Positions 1-17,669 of a stretch of 64,000 nt of DNA are shown here, one piece after another. A program made the position numbers and the translations under genes. Under the pieces are notes generated by a model that did not search any database, was not told where the DNA came from, and saw nothing but the letters and a program-made list of their open reading frames with translations. The DNA is from the human T2T-CHM13v2.0 reference genome, Homo sapiens, in NCBI RefSeq assembly GCF_009914755.1, contig NC_060948.1; one strand, written 5' to 3'. Numbering within the stretch: the stretch's first letter is position 1; each line of letters begins with the position of its first letter.

Positions 1-885
1 GAATGAGGGAATGAATGAGTTGAATGCATGAATGATTGAATGAACAAGTGAATTCATACATGCATAGTGCATGAATTAGTGAAAGGTGAATTCATGTATG
101 CATGAGTAAACAAATAAATTAATGCCTGCATGAATGAGTGCATGAATGAGTGAACAACTGAATTCATGAGTGATTGAGTGCATGAATGACTTAAGTGAAT
201 TCATGCTTGTGTAAGTGCATGTATGAGTAAGTGAACAGGTGAATTCATGTATGCATGAGTGCATGTATGAGTGAGTGAGCAAGTGAATTCATGTATGCTT
301 GAGTGCATGAATGAGTGAACAAGTGAGTTCATGCCAGCATGAGTGAGTGTATGAACGAGTAACTAAGCGAATTCGTATATGCATGAGTGAGCACGTGAAT
401 GACTGAGTGAACAAGTGAATTCATGCCTGCATGAGTGAGTGAGTGAATTCATCCATGCAGGATTGAACGAGCAGGTAAAGTCATGCATTTATACAGGAAT
501 GAATGTGTGTGTGTGAGTGAATGAACAGAATACATGACAAGTGAATATGTGGATGAATGAATGAGTGAATAAATATGTATGAGTACATGAATAAGCTGAA
601 CAAACTAGCATGTGTGTTAATGCACACACACGAGTGAATGAGTGAAGACTGCATACATTTCATGAATTCATGTATTATGTATAAGTGAATGAATGAATTG
701 AATGCATGAACAAGTTAATGGATGCATGAATGAATTAAGTGAAAGTGTGAATGCATGCATGCGTGAGTGAATTGAATGAATCAATGAATGTGTGAATGCA
801 AGCATGTATGAATACATGAGTTGAATGAGTGATGATTGTGTGAATGCAAGTGTGTACGAGTGCATGAGTTAAGTGAATAAGTGAG
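1..885. repeat. Degenerate (TGAA/TGAG/ATGC)n low-complexity array
   Basis: Recurring aagtgaattcatg...catgagtgagtgaac units. Confidence 0.9.
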
Positions 886-1339
886 AAACCCTGCTCTGTA
901 GCAAGAGAGCGCCTTCTGGGTGGAAGCAACTTGGAACTGCACCAAGCAGAGCCACTGCCAGGCCCTAAGGAAAGACATGGGAATGCTGCCCCTTCCTCAA
1001 CCTTCCTATGGCGTCTTCACCTTGTGTTTCCAGGTATTCCCAAAGTACAGTGACAGTTGTCACAATGAACCCAATGAACACAACCCCATGCTGGCATCCT
1101 CAGGATAGATTCTGTCAGCTGTCGAGCAGCTCACTGGCAGGGTAGACAGGCAGGGGCCTGCCTCCTGCCTCCTTCTAGGCAGCTCTTATCTCTCTGGCCT
1201 GGTGAACACATTTTTCTCCCCATGCATAACAGAAGCCTCTGATCTCCTTAACACACATCACCCACCCCTGGGCATCTTATCCAGAGCAGAAGTTGGGGAA
1301 AACCCATCTTCATTATGGAGTCCCAGTGCTTAAGGGCTT

Positions 1340-1811
1340 GAGGTCTTTGCGGTGGCATCATCCTGTGCACTACAGCGTGTTGAGCAGTGTCCCAGGGCTC
1401 CACCCACCTGATACCTGGAGCACCCCCACACAATGGTGACGACATCACCAAGAGTCCCCCAACAGAACAAAAACTTGGGCTTCTATTTCCTTATGATGTT
1501 TTTAATGCACTCCCTAAATTAAGAAAACAAAGTAAACAGAGCTTTCCTGTGCTTCAGCAAGGATGTGAAAAACTTCAAATTACACTGGTGGTTTCTTCAG
1601 CCTATGGCAGGCTTTCTCAGACTCTTCAACCATATTTGGGGCTAGATAATTACTGTGGAGCCATCCTGTGCACTGTGCCTTGTTTAGCAGCATCCGCTGG
1701 GCTCCACCTGCTACGTGCAGTACCACACCCCACCTAATCCTAACAAGCACAAGGGACTGCACACATTACCATGTGTTCTCTGGCATCAAAATCACCCAAG
1801 TGACAGCCACT
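1340..1811 (-). mobile_element. MER20-like hAT MITE copies (partial 1340-1470; near full 1608-1811; another partial copy at 2536-2645)
   Basis: tcctgtgcact..gtgtt(t/g)agcagc(a/g)tccc..ggctccacc core, cagg.tttctc start and ccactg end. Confidence 0.75.
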
Positions 1812-1819
1812 GCCATGGT

Positions 1820-2530
1820 TAGATGTAGAGAGATGGATGATAGATAATAGAAAACAGATAATAGCTAGATAATCAATAGATGATAGGAAGATAATGATAG
1901 ATATAAATAAACAGAAAATAAGTAGATGGTAGAAAAACAATGATAAATATAGAGGGATGACAGGTAGACAGATGATAGAGACAGAGACATAAATGAGGAC
2001 TGATAGATTAGAGAAACAGATAAATAATAGATAAATGTTGATGATAGATAATAGATAAATGATGATGATGATAGACACATAGATAATAGATAAATGTGAT
2101 GATGATGATAGGTAGACAGGCAGAAAGCCATAATAGATAGACATAGATAGATAAATGACAGGTAATAGATAAATGATAGATGGATGGGTGGATAGACATA
2201 TAGATTGATGTTAGATACATAGATTATATGTAGACAATGGACAGATAAATGATGAGGATAGATTAGATTGAGAGGCAGAAAGACAGGGAGGCAAGCAGAC
2301 AGATAGATAATAGATTGATAGAAGAAGATGAAGAAGAAAATGAGGAGGAGGAAGATAGGAAGACAGATACTAGATAAATGATAGATAATACGTAAATAAT
2401 GACGATAGATGGATGATGGATGGCTAGATAGATGGACAGATAATAGATAAATGATACATAGGTAATAGATAAATGATGATGATAGATGAATGGATGGATA
2501 GACAGATAGATACATAGATAGGCAATAGAC
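1820..2530. repeat. Degenerate (GATA/GAT)n array
   Basis: gatagata/gatgat runs. Confidence 0.92.
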
Positions 2531-2744
2531 AGAATCTTTCTCAACTTTACTACTATTAAGTTGAATGACTGTGGGGGGCGTCCTGTGCACTGCAGGGTGT
2601 TGAGCAGCGTCCCTGGGCCCCACCCACCAAGTGTCAGGAGCACTGTTCTTCTCTCTGGAACAGGGGTCTCCAAAATAGAGTCTCAGGCTGCGTTTTGCTG
2701 AGAACCCTCACCACATCTTTTGATTTTGAATTCGGGGTAAGATG

Positions 2745-2917
2745 TGCAGGCTCAGTCCTGGTCCAGCAGCATCAGCATCACCTGGGAAACTGTGTCATGC
2801 ACATTCTTAGGCATCCGAACTCTGAAATCAGAACCCTGCGTCTCGGGGCTTCCCCCAACCCCGCTATGTGAACCAGGCCTCCAGGAGTTCCTAATGCGCA
2901 GGCTTGAGAGGCACTGC
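2745..2917 (+). mobile_element. MER5A-like hAT MITE
   Basis: ccagcagcatcagcatcacctgggaa...aaatcagaa...ttgagaggcactg. Confidence 0.7.
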
Positions 2918-3573
2918 TTGCATTTCTGAGATTTGAGGGTGTTGGGGAGGGGTAGCTGGAGCCAGGAGGGCTGGAGAAGGTGGGGCATGGATTTGGCAGA
3001 GACAGAAAAGGGTTGAAACAGCCACAGAGAAAGAGACGTTGGCCCAGTTGCAGGGATGTTTAAACAGCATGTTTAGGGAACGCAGGAGGCCTCAGTCTCC
3101 CAACACAAACAAGTGTAGGTGTTGCACCATTCTCTGCCCCATAAATCACCCCACCTCTCCTCACCCGCCTGTTTCTCCCATTCCACTGAGAATTGGTGCT
3201 CTGAAAGCAGAGTATAAGGCACCAAGTCACAAGGCAACATTCATGATCCCCGGGCAAAAGGGTAGCTCCGTCTTTAAACCCGGAGGAGGCATCTTCCCCT
3301 GGGGGTTGCCGGGCTTCTGTTCTTGTGTGTGTTGGTCTCCAGGAAGCCATGGAGAGCTTGACAGCAGGTGAGCTTTGTCATGGGTGCATTCAGAGTAAAC
3401 ATTTCTCTCCTCCCTGTTGGTGGGAATAGGTGAATGCCAATTTTCCTAGGGAGGCATTTGAAGAAAACGTCAAGACATTTATATGCCTGGGACAATTTTA
3501 TTGGAGAGTTAGTTACAAGACCTTTTTAAAGTTACATGTGTACTGGGAAAGGAAGGATTGAAACCCAGCAGGC

Positions 3574-4018
3574 AGCTGGGCATGGTGGCTCATGCCTGCC
3601 ATCCCAGCACTTTGGGAGGTAAAGGCAGGAGGATCGCATGAGCTCAGGAGTTCAAGAACAGCCTGGCCAATATAGTGAGATCCCTCTGTCTTTACAACAA
3701 ATTTTAAAAATTAGCACAAAGTGTTGGCACACGCCTGTTGTCCCAGCTACTCAAGAGGCTAAAGTGGGAGGCTCACCTGAGCTCAGGAATTCAAGACCAG
3801 CCTGGCCAATCTAGTGAGATACCCCTCATCTTTACAAAAAAAAATTTAAAAAAAAAAACAGCTGGGAGTGTTGGCACATGCCTGTAGTCCCAGCTACTCA
3901 GGAGGCTAAAGTGGGAGGATTGCTTGAGCCTGGAAGTTCAAGGCTGCAGTAAGCCATGATCAGCACTCCAGCCTGGGTGACAGAGCAAGACTCTGTCTCA
4001 AACAACCACAAAAAAAAA
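3574..4018 (+). mobile_element. AluJ-like element with internal ~140-bp duplication (trimeric)
   Basis: gagctcagga.ttcaaga.cagcctggccaat..agtgagat...gtgttggcaca.gcctgt.gtcccagctactca.gaggctaaagtgggagg occurs twice. Confidence 0.85.
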
Positions 4019-4367
4019 TCAAAAACAGATGTTTGTGCCAAGCTATTTCATTGCACAAAATGATTGTGACAAAGTTCTAAGAATTGAAGACAAGTACAGG
4101 ATGAGGGAACACATTTGCGATACACAGAACATGCATCTATATGTATGTGTGTGGGTCACAATTGCAATTACTACTCAATATTTTATATTTTGATAATGAT
4201 TAACATGATAATATATAAAGAACTACATTGGCAAACAACTTGACACAAAAATAAGCAAATAATTTGCAGCACATGCTGCTGGCTACCCAGTCAACCATTA
4301 TTTTTCCTTATTGTTGGTGGAGCCTGTATTTTTTCCCAGGGTTCCTTCATGCTTTCTCACCTGATCC

Positions 4368-7843
<3,476 letters not shown>

Positions 7844-9577
7844 AAATTTTTGGAAAACTATACCAAAGCCACTAATTTTTCAGGGTTAGTTATTACCTTC
7901 AAATGACACTTAACTGACATTTCTGACCATCTAAATGAACTTAACTGAAAAAAAATCAAGGGCTGTATGAAAATAGCATGTACTGAAAACCTTGATGGGT
8001 TCAGAGCAAGAATTTGCTTTTGGTGAAAAGAATTACATGGTTCACTGCTGATGGTTTTAGAATTTGAATCCTAAAGAACTGTTAAAATGAGCAGGACTAT
8101 ATCTGTGCATGCATGAAAAGAAAAGTCATTGTTTCAAAATACTAGACAGGAAAAAGTTTGATGGTATTTGAAATCCAGTGGCCCTATCACAATACAGTTC
8201 AACATGACATTAATCAATGAGTAAAATGGAAAGACGTATGAGATTTAACAGTCTCACTTAAGATGGCAATAAAAGATGGTGTGAATGAAAATTTCCGTTT
8301 TCATAGATGCATAAACCTGATTTCCCAAGAAGCCAATGGATGCAAAGAAAGAGTGAGTGGATTTAATGAACAAACACAAACAATATTAGAAAATACTTGC
8401 TGAAGACAGATCAGACTGCCATTCTTGGAGATGATGCAGTGGATAGTGAGCCCTTGTCATTGAGTATAAATGCATTAGAAGGTGGAGAATTGCTAGAAAT
8501 CAGAAGGAAAGTTGATGAAACTGATTTATGTGTTAAGGTAAATTAGTCTTTAAAATCTCTGGAAGAAAAAGCAATGAAATTTACACATAATTATCTGAAA
8601 GTGGATAAAATAACAGTATACAGATTGTATGAAAAGTCTCCAAAATGAACAAGACAGAAAACACACACACAATTTGAAAGTCAAATTCCAAAATGTCTGC
8701 AAAAACATAAAGTCTTAGTAAATTGTACTCCCCCCATCAACATAATGAATGATCAGCAAAGATTGAAGGTGAATTTACCCTGGAAAGAAGAAGGAGAATC
8801 TTTCCCAAGCAGCTGAAAAGATCATCTATTCATTCAGGGAAATGAATGCCTATGGAATTCAAGCAAAAATTCTTCCAGCAAAAAAATATCAGAAAGAACT
8901 ACTGATTTTTAGCAATTACCCTGAGAGGATAAAGCTCATCTTGTTTGAAGACTTAATGAGAAAACTTGGGGACTTGTTTAACTTAAGAAAATGTATGTAT
9001 CGGGAAAAAAAATTGAGGGGGAAATTAAAATTTTCAAAAAGTATCTTTATGTTCTTGGTGTTCAAGTAAAGCAAGGATTGGTGGATGTGTAAAGATTCTC
9101 ACAGAGCTCCCAGGAATTCTTTGGATAACTGGATCCCCAAGAAAAATTTAAATTTAGATTATTCCTCAGTTATTTTTCGCATGCAAAAAACACAGGGAAA
9201 GGATTCCTCCATTAGACCTACTGGGTCCTGATAGCAATTTCTCCCCAAATGCAGGACTGACTCACCGTGGTGTTCCTCATCCTGGAAGACAATTTTTCGT
9301 TAAATCATGACAGTATCTTTCAGCTTCAGAAATAGAGGTAACTCATCATTTGCCAGAGTGCAGTCATGTGACTTCACCTACCCACAAGGGATGCTGGGAA
9401 ATGTAGTTGAGCTGGGGAACCATGACCGCAGTTCCATACACTAGAAATACAGCACTGTTGAAATTATTAAGACAGAAAGAAGAGATTTGGGTGGACAACG
9501 TGTGCATTCTCTAAGACTCCGTGTTTTTAGTTAGGTTGAGCAGCCTTGGCTTCATGGTCTTGACTTCTGAAACAATT

Positions 9578-10505
9578 CTTTTATTTTTATTTGTATTTTA
9601 AGTTCCAGAGTACATGTGCAGGAAGTGCAGGTTGTTACATAGGTAAATGTGTGTCATGGTGGTTTGCTGCATCTATCAACCTACCCTCTAGGTATTAAGC
9701 CCAGCATGCATTAGCTATTTTTCCTGATGCTCTCCCTCCCCACACTCCACCTGCCAACAGGCCCCAGTGTGTTTTGTTCCCCTCCCTGTGTCCATGTGTT
9801 CTCATTGTTCAGCTCCCACTTACAAGTGAGAACATGCAGTGTTTGGTTTTCTGTTCTTGCATAAGTTTGCTGAGGATAATGGCTTCCAGTTCCATCCATG
9901 TCCCTACAAAGGACATGATCTCATTCCTTTTTATAGCGGCATATATATATACATATGCACACACACAGACACGTGTGTGTGTGTGTGTACCACATTTTCT
10001 TTACCCAGTATATTACTTTACCCAGTAAAGTACCACATTTTCTGTGTAAGTACCACATTACCCAGAAAAGTACCACATTACCCAGTAAAGTACCACATTT
10101 TCTTTACCCAGTATATTACTGGTGGGCATTTAGTTTGATTCTATGTCTTTGCTATTGTGAATAGTGCTCCAATGAACATACACATGCATGTATCTTTGTA
10201 ATAGAATGGTTTATATTCCTTTGGGTATACACCCAGTAATGAGATTGCTGGGCGGAATAGTATTTCTGGGTCTAGATCTTTGAGGAATCACCACACCATC
10301 TTCCACAACGGTTGAACTAGCTTCCATTCCCACCAACAGTGTAAAAGTGTTTCTATTTCTCCACCATCTCGCCAGCATCTGTTGTTTCTTGACTTTTTAA
10401 TAATCACCATTCAGACTGGTGTGAGATGTTATCTCACTGCGGTTTTGATTTGCATTTCCTTAATGATCAGTGATGTTATGTTGAGCTTTTTTTCATGTTT
10501 GTTGC
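9578..10505 (-). mobile_element. L1P 3' fragment with internal (TA)(CA)(TG) microsatellite and patchwork duplication
   Basis: tacatgtgcagga..tgcagg...cccacttacaagtgagaacatgc...tctagatctttgaggaatcaccacacc. Confidence 0.9.
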
Positions 10506-10654
10506 TTTTGAGCCAATCCTAAGAAATGCTCTATGTATTTCGATGAGATTGATTTTATTTACACTAACAGAAAAGCTTGTTTTTTTCCCCAACCCCTGGG
10601 CAGCCCTTACTGCCTCCCAGGCACCACTGAGAATGCTTTTCACACATTAAGTCA

Positions 10655-11005
<351 letters not shown>

Positions 11006-11254
11006 TAGCATACCTCTCCTTTGTTGCCCCCAAATGGGATAACCATGGCCCAGAGAGGTTGTATAACTTGCCTAAGTGTGCACACCTTGAAATGGAGAAA
11101 CCAGGTTGTGAATCTGTAAATTGAGTGTCAGAGTCTGGAATTTAACCCTGAGTAATCTTGCGTACTACCTCTACAGGCAAGCTAAACTAATTCCTCATCA
11201 TTTTTGTTTAATTAGGGGGAAGAAACATGTACACAGCATGTGTTAACGTATATA

Positions 11255-11685
11255 TTCATTCCCTGGAACTGCTATAGCAAAGTATTGCAAACTGAGTGGC
11301 CTAAACAATGGACATTTGTTTATTCTTGCACAGTTCTGGGGGCCAGAAGTACAAAACCAGGGTGTCTGCAAGGCTGTGCTCCCTCTGAAGTCTCTAGGGA
11401 AGGATCTGTTCCAGGGTCCTCTTGCTCTTTGGGTTGTTCTCTGGCTTGTAGTAACATCACTCTACAGCCTTCTCCTTGTGTGACTACCTGTATCCAAATC
11501 CCACATTCTTATAAAGACACCAGGCATGTGGGATTAGGAACTCACCTCACTCCAGTATAACCTCATTTCAATAAACTAATTACCTCTGCAATAGACTTAT
11601 TTTCAATAAGGCCACATTCTGAGGTGCCAGGGGTTAGGACTTCAACATATGAATTTGAGGGGACATAATTCAACTCATATCAGTG
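11255..11685 (-). mobile_element. MLT1 (MaLR) LTR
   Basis: cacagttctgggggccagaagt...cacattctgaggtgccaggggttaggacttcaacatatgaattt. Confidence 0.8.
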
Positions 11686-12041
11686 TGTTAATACTGTGCT
11701 TGTGTATGTGTGTGTGTTTGTATGTGGTGTGTTTCTGTGTGTAACTGGATATTCCAATTCCAGTAGTCAAAGGCAAATCAGCAGAATCATACTTTCCTCG
11801 CCCCCAAAACCAGAAGAATTTCATATAGTGGTTTATACTTGGACAAAAAAAGTTGTTATTTTTTCATCTGTGTAGAAAAAGTTAAACAAAAATATAGCTC
11901 GTATATTTGTCATTTTCCTCTTCACCCTACTAAAATTAGTCATGTCTTCTCTTCATTCCAACGTGAAGATATTTATCCATTGACCACCAAATGCATTCAA
12001 GTCCCCACAAAGAGAAGGTAAGTGTGGCTTTTAACATTATA

Positions 12042-12454
12042 CAATTGACCCTTGAACAATGTGGGGTAGTGACGGGAATTGACCCTCCGCACAGTTGAAA
12101 GCCCATGTATAACTTTTGACTCTCCAAAAACTTAACTACTCATAGCATACTGTTTGACTGAAAGCCTTGCTGATAACAGTTGAACACATATTTTGTATAT
12201 GTATTACATACCATATTATTACAGTAAAGTAAGCTAAAGAAAATGTTATGAAGAAAATCATAAGGAAGATAAAATTAATGAATTTACTATTTATTAAGTG
12301 GAAGCGGATCACCATAAAGGTCTTCATCCTTATCATCTTCCCATTGAGTAGATGGAGGGTTGGTCCTGCTGTCTCAGTAATGGCAGAGCCAGAAGCAAAC
12401 TCACATATAGGTGGACCTGTGCAGTTCAGCCCTGTGTTGTTCAAGGGTCAGCTG
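12042..12454. mobile_element. Tigger3a/MER7-like Tc1-mariner MITE
   Basis: TIRs caattgacccttgaacaa and ttgttcaagggtcagctg, with TA target duplication. Confidence 0.85.
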
Positions 12455-12849
12455 TACAGTCAAGGTTATCCTTCTCTAAAATACATGGAGATGACGTTTT
12501 ATCAAGGCTTTTCTCATCTGTTCAATTCTCACCTTCTCAGCATGAAAACAGAATGTCCAGCAGGTGGTCCTCATGACCCCTCAAAGAGAGGTTCCCCCAA
12601 GCAATCATGATTCAAATATTTTCATCTTAAGTAGCTTGAACGTTAGCCTTGTCACCCAGGTGAATTTAGTCTCATGATTAGGTAACTATGTATTTCATAT
12701 GTTCATAGAGCTATATGTTATATATTTATATCTTGAGCTTTAAAACAGATTTGTTGCATCATATTCACAGCTATGAAGGTTCATAATTTTGGGGCCACTT
12801 CTACAGTCATTTCATAAAATTTATTTGTGAGATATAGAAAAAGCTATGC

Positions 12850-14414
12850 AATAATCAAATCCATTTATTTTTCTTTTACGTTTATTTAAAATGATTAAAA
12901 ATGGTTTATGATAGTTTTAGAAAATGGAATGGATTAAAGGCTAAAAGTGTTTAGATTCCATTTAAGTAGGTATGTATGTGTGTACGTAACTAAAAGCACA
13001 GAGACTTATTCACAAGAATTTAATTAAGCTCATGCTGAAACTCTTATAGAGAAAACAGTAATTGAGCATCAGACATCACCACTCCTGAAAAAAACCTTCT
13101 ACAAGAATTGAAAAGTGTTGCAGGACCTAATACTGAAATAGGAAATATGGACTATCTTCAAATTGCACAAATGATGCATGAATCTACATTTGAGACCCGC
13201 AACTCCGAGATACCTAATGTGAATGATTAAAGATATTTTACAAACCGGGGAGCTCTTTCAAGTGCTTTCCACTTTCAACCTTCTCTCTTTGAAGATCCCA
13301 ATTCATATTGGTGAGCATAAAACATGCATACTGGGAATTTTTATGGGCCCCATATATACATTCCAGACTGTACATGAATGTCTTCATCTTTGGTTCTGAT
13401 ATTTATGGCAAAGTCTAAATGTTATATGAACATTAACCTTAGTTTACTCAAATTATACCAATATGCCCAAACCATCATTTTTCCGTACCCACAAGTGTTT
13501 CTAAAAGGGAAGGAAAAAGCTGGTACACTTCTTGGATGCCTAAGGATTTAAGATTTCCTACTCTGATGAATAGAAAAAGTATAAACCAAGGAATGCAATG
13601 TTGGTGCCTTAGGAACTAGTACTTACAGAGTATCAAAGACTAAAAACACTACAAAAAGGCTCAATGCCTGATAATCGCCATTTCTGTCTCCTATGTGCCA
13701 AAACATATCAAAACCATATGATTTCCTAGGAAAAAGTATCCCAAGATTTGCCCCAGATGGTTTTAACATCAGTCGTTTTGCACTTAACATTTCAAAATGC
13801 AGCCTTATTTTCTTCAGGTAATAATAATTTTATGTGCAGATATATCAAAGCTGAAAGGATGATCAAACCCTGCTTGTGGGTGTCAGAAATAATGCATCCC
13901 CACTTCACTGGCAATAATGAATGCTCAATGATTTTTTATATCACTGAAGAATTTAGCATCTTTGGAACCTCAACAATATTCTTCATCTCCCAGAAGCTGA
14001 TAACATCCCCTCCCCACCAAGATACTCTGCCTCCCTACTGCTCACCGCTTTGTGCCATCAACATGGTTAAGCGTGTGTGTGTTATTGCACCATGAGGTAG
14101 CTGAAGATCTCACAACAGAGAGCCACAGTCTCTTTGTGCAAATCAATGGCCAAACCAACATTGCAAGCAATCCTTTTTTAGAATGCAGGGTCTAGCTGCC
14201 TAACTTATCTTTATAACCACATCACATTCAATGAGTTGGGAATGCTTAGTGAGAAAGCTCACGTACTTCACACAGAAGAAAACACACTTTAAGACATCAA
14301 GTTGTGTCAAGAATAAAAGGAAATTTCCACAACAGTGATAAACAGCCTTCTTGTTTTAGTTGTTTTTCCTCTAAGTAATCAGGGGATCTTAACATCTTCA
14401 GACATTTTCTGGTT
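12850..14414 (-). pseudogene. XGY1: XG last exon-like (EPENV* plus 3'UTR)
   Basis: tcctttcag|AACCAGAAAATGTCTGA, with TGA at 14400-14398. About 1.5 kb of unique sequence follows, with minus-strand AATAAA candidates near 12820-12886. Confidence 0.85.
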
Positions 14415-14854
14415 CTGAAAGGAAGACTGGAAATAAATGACACTGTGGGGACAAAAAAAAAGTCTATTAAACAAAGTAAAAGAAAACCAAGATCCAACTC
14501 TATGTTGTTACAAGAGACGCTTGCTATATATTTAGAGCAAGAATATTTAGCAGAAGGAAGATTAGAACAGAAAAAAATACAGCAGAAATGAAGTTGCACA
14601 TCTTAAATATATACAATGTTTGTTTATTATGCTTTAAAAAAATCTAGAAGAATGAAAAATCTATTTAAAAAAAAAGAAAACCAAGATCCAACTATGTGCT
14701 GTCTATATGACATTTGCCTTACTTTCAGCAGAAGGAAATAGATTAGAAAAAATAAATTATGCAAAAATGAAGCTGTGCATCTTAAATATATACAATGTTT
14801 ATTTGTCAATTATACCTTAATAAAGCTGGAAAAATTAAAAATAGAAAATATTTG

Positions 14855-15167
<313 letters not shown>

Positions 15168-17131
15168 TTAAAAATTGTTAAAATCATATCTGGAAATAAA
15201 TATTAGTTTTCAAAACATTGTTTTTTTACATTTTGCCATTTGTTAAGGATTTTGATGATCTTAAATGAATTGAGTAACTTTCTTTTTGGTTAAAACTAAT
15301 ATTTGTAGGAAATTCTTTTTTAGAATATGGCCTTGTTGGTCTTTATAACTTCTGAAGTGATGTTGTCATTTGCTCCACTTTATAAAATAAAAGCAAAGTA
15401 TGATTCTTAAAAGTCCACATCAAGTGACAGACATCTGCTTCTATCTGTGCAGCTCTGTTACTACAACTCTTTCTCTACAAAGTGTGCAAGCTTCAGTGTA
15501 TGGCCTCAGCATGTACACAGTTCCACAGGTTGTGCACTGCATCACATCACCGTGGATATGGTTAGTATACCATGTACGTCATCCTTTAGGAGACAGAGAA
15601 AATTAATGACCTAACTAAGGAGAAGTGGACAGCTGGGTACCATTAGCAGCAGCCTGGAACTTTAGAGTCAAGTTCGCAGAGCTCTGAGCCCCATTTGATA
15701 CCAAACCCATATGTATTTGCTGTCATGCACATATTTCCTAGATAGTATAAAGGCTTTACAGCCAGCGAGGTGATATAGGCCCAGGATCCACATAAATGTC
15801 ACTGCTCACCCTTGAAGAGATCTCCCTAACATCAGCTCACTCTGTCTACATCCTCCTTTCTGATCTCAGGAACTTTAAGGGAGGGGAAGATAAACTTGGT
15901 GCTTGGGAATACCTGGTGAGGGTATCATCGAAGTACAATGGAGAAAGTAGACAAAAATACTTACCAGGCAGCCAAAAGGCATGAAAGAGCTTCAAGACAT
16001 TATACCTCTTTAGCAAAAAAGTGCTTCCACCTCAGATAAATGGGGCATGCATCATCCACGTTTTTAAAACTACACCTATTTCAGAAACTCAACTGGCCCC
16101 CATTCCAATGATTTTCCTTTTAAAATATTGCACTAAAATATATTTGTCTTATTGAGTTTGTGGGGGACCCCTGTACCCCGCCCTTATATTTTGTGCTTGT
16201 GGAGACTGCCTCTCTCTGCTTATTCAGTTTCAGCCCTTGGTTGACAAAGGCTTACAAATCACTGCCACGAAGGCTACTGAAATTAACACATGGTGTTCGT
16301 TAATGATGGCTGCCACGTTGGGTGAAAGAGTGTTGTCACTGAACCCAAGAATCTGCTCTCAGATTGCCAGGAAAATAAGGCAGTTTTTCAGTAACTCAGT
16401 TTCCTCCTAAAATTTCAGGACAGGGCATAACATAGATGGAGGCTTACCCCAAACAGAGGTTCATTAGCTAACGGTTGATACTGCCCATTCACCAGCAGAG
16501 AGAGCGCATGGGAAGGTTTTAGGATTTTTGAGGCCAAATGCAAATCCTAAAGCAAACACCGTAGGAATGGGCACCCCTTTCTGGTTTCCTTCGGGGACAC
16601 AAAGAAGGTATGAGTTAGAGGGCCCTGGGCAAACTCCAGACAGATTCTGACGTGGGTGGCCTGAGGTTTAAACCAAGCCTCCAGAGACACCCAGTTAAAG
16701 ATCTGAGTCACTCTTTAGGCTATAAAACAATCCCTGACAATCCCTGACTGTTGTTTCAGAGATTTCTTTAGGGCATCCTCTGCTCTCAAATCCCAAGTGA
16801 TTCTTCAAACCCAGGAGTGTGGAGCCGGCATTGAACCAGGAAGCCACAGCAGATCTTTCTTCTCTCCTATGGTCTGAGCACACCTTCTGAATTTCAGAGA
16901 GGCTTATAATTTAGTGTTTTGGTAGTTTTCTTTGTGGGTGGGGTTCTGTGCAAAACATTCACATTCAACCCAGATATTTTTCGTGACCCACCTGTGACGA
17001 AAATTTCACTGAATACAAAACAGGACTATATTTGATTAGTTCAATCAACTATCATGCTTTAGTCCTGCAATGTAGGTTAGTAATTTTTTTGTTTGTTTCT
17101 TTTTCTTTCCTTTTTTTCTCCCTCTCTTTTA

Positions 17132-17214
17132 CATTAGACAGATAACGTGCCAGCGTCATTGTAACAAGGTTTAGAGGAAGGTACAGACTACACCTGACCA
17201 TGAAAACCAAATCG
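17132..17214 (-). pseudogene. U13 snoRNA (SNORD13) retrocopy
   Basis: tagacagataacgtgccagcgtcattgtaacaaggtttagagg...catgaaaaccaaatc resembles the reverse complement of U13; degenerate poly(A) at 17085-17130; abuts an Alu at 17216-17525. Confidence 0.75.
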
Positions 17215-17669
17215 TTGACCAGGCACGGTGGCCCATGCCTGTAATCCCAGCACTTGGGGAAGCCAAGGCAGGCAGATAATCACTTGAGGTCAGGAGTTCA
17301 AGAACAGTCTGGCCAACATGGGGAAACCCCATCTCTACAAAAAATACACAAATTAGCCAGGCATGGTGGTGCATGACTGTATTCCCAGCTCTTCAGGAGG
17401 CTGAGGCAAGAGAATCTCTTGAACCCAACCCAGGAGGTAGAGATTGCAGTGAGCCGAGATCATGCCACTGCACTCCAGCCTGGGCAACAGAGTGAAACTC
17501 TGTCTCAAAAAAAAAATAAATAAATTTTTAAAAATCACATTATTGGGCAAGTTATGTATATTGAACTTAACCAGGAATAACTTTGCTAGTGACAGACATC
17601 CAAAAGTAATTTTTAAAATAAAAAATCAGGCATCGTAACAAGGAAAACAATGTTTAGAGCCAAAGTTAC

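Noticed and set aside
76-2673. ORFs of up to 252 aa (His/Ser- or Ile/Tyr/Leu-rich)
   Set aside because: Translations of (TGAA)n and (GATA)n low-complexity DNA.
886-3500. GYG2P1 promoter or first exons expected downstream of the XG paralogue
   Set aside because: Plausible by synteny, but I could not recognise any glycogenin coding sequence or a clear CpG island.
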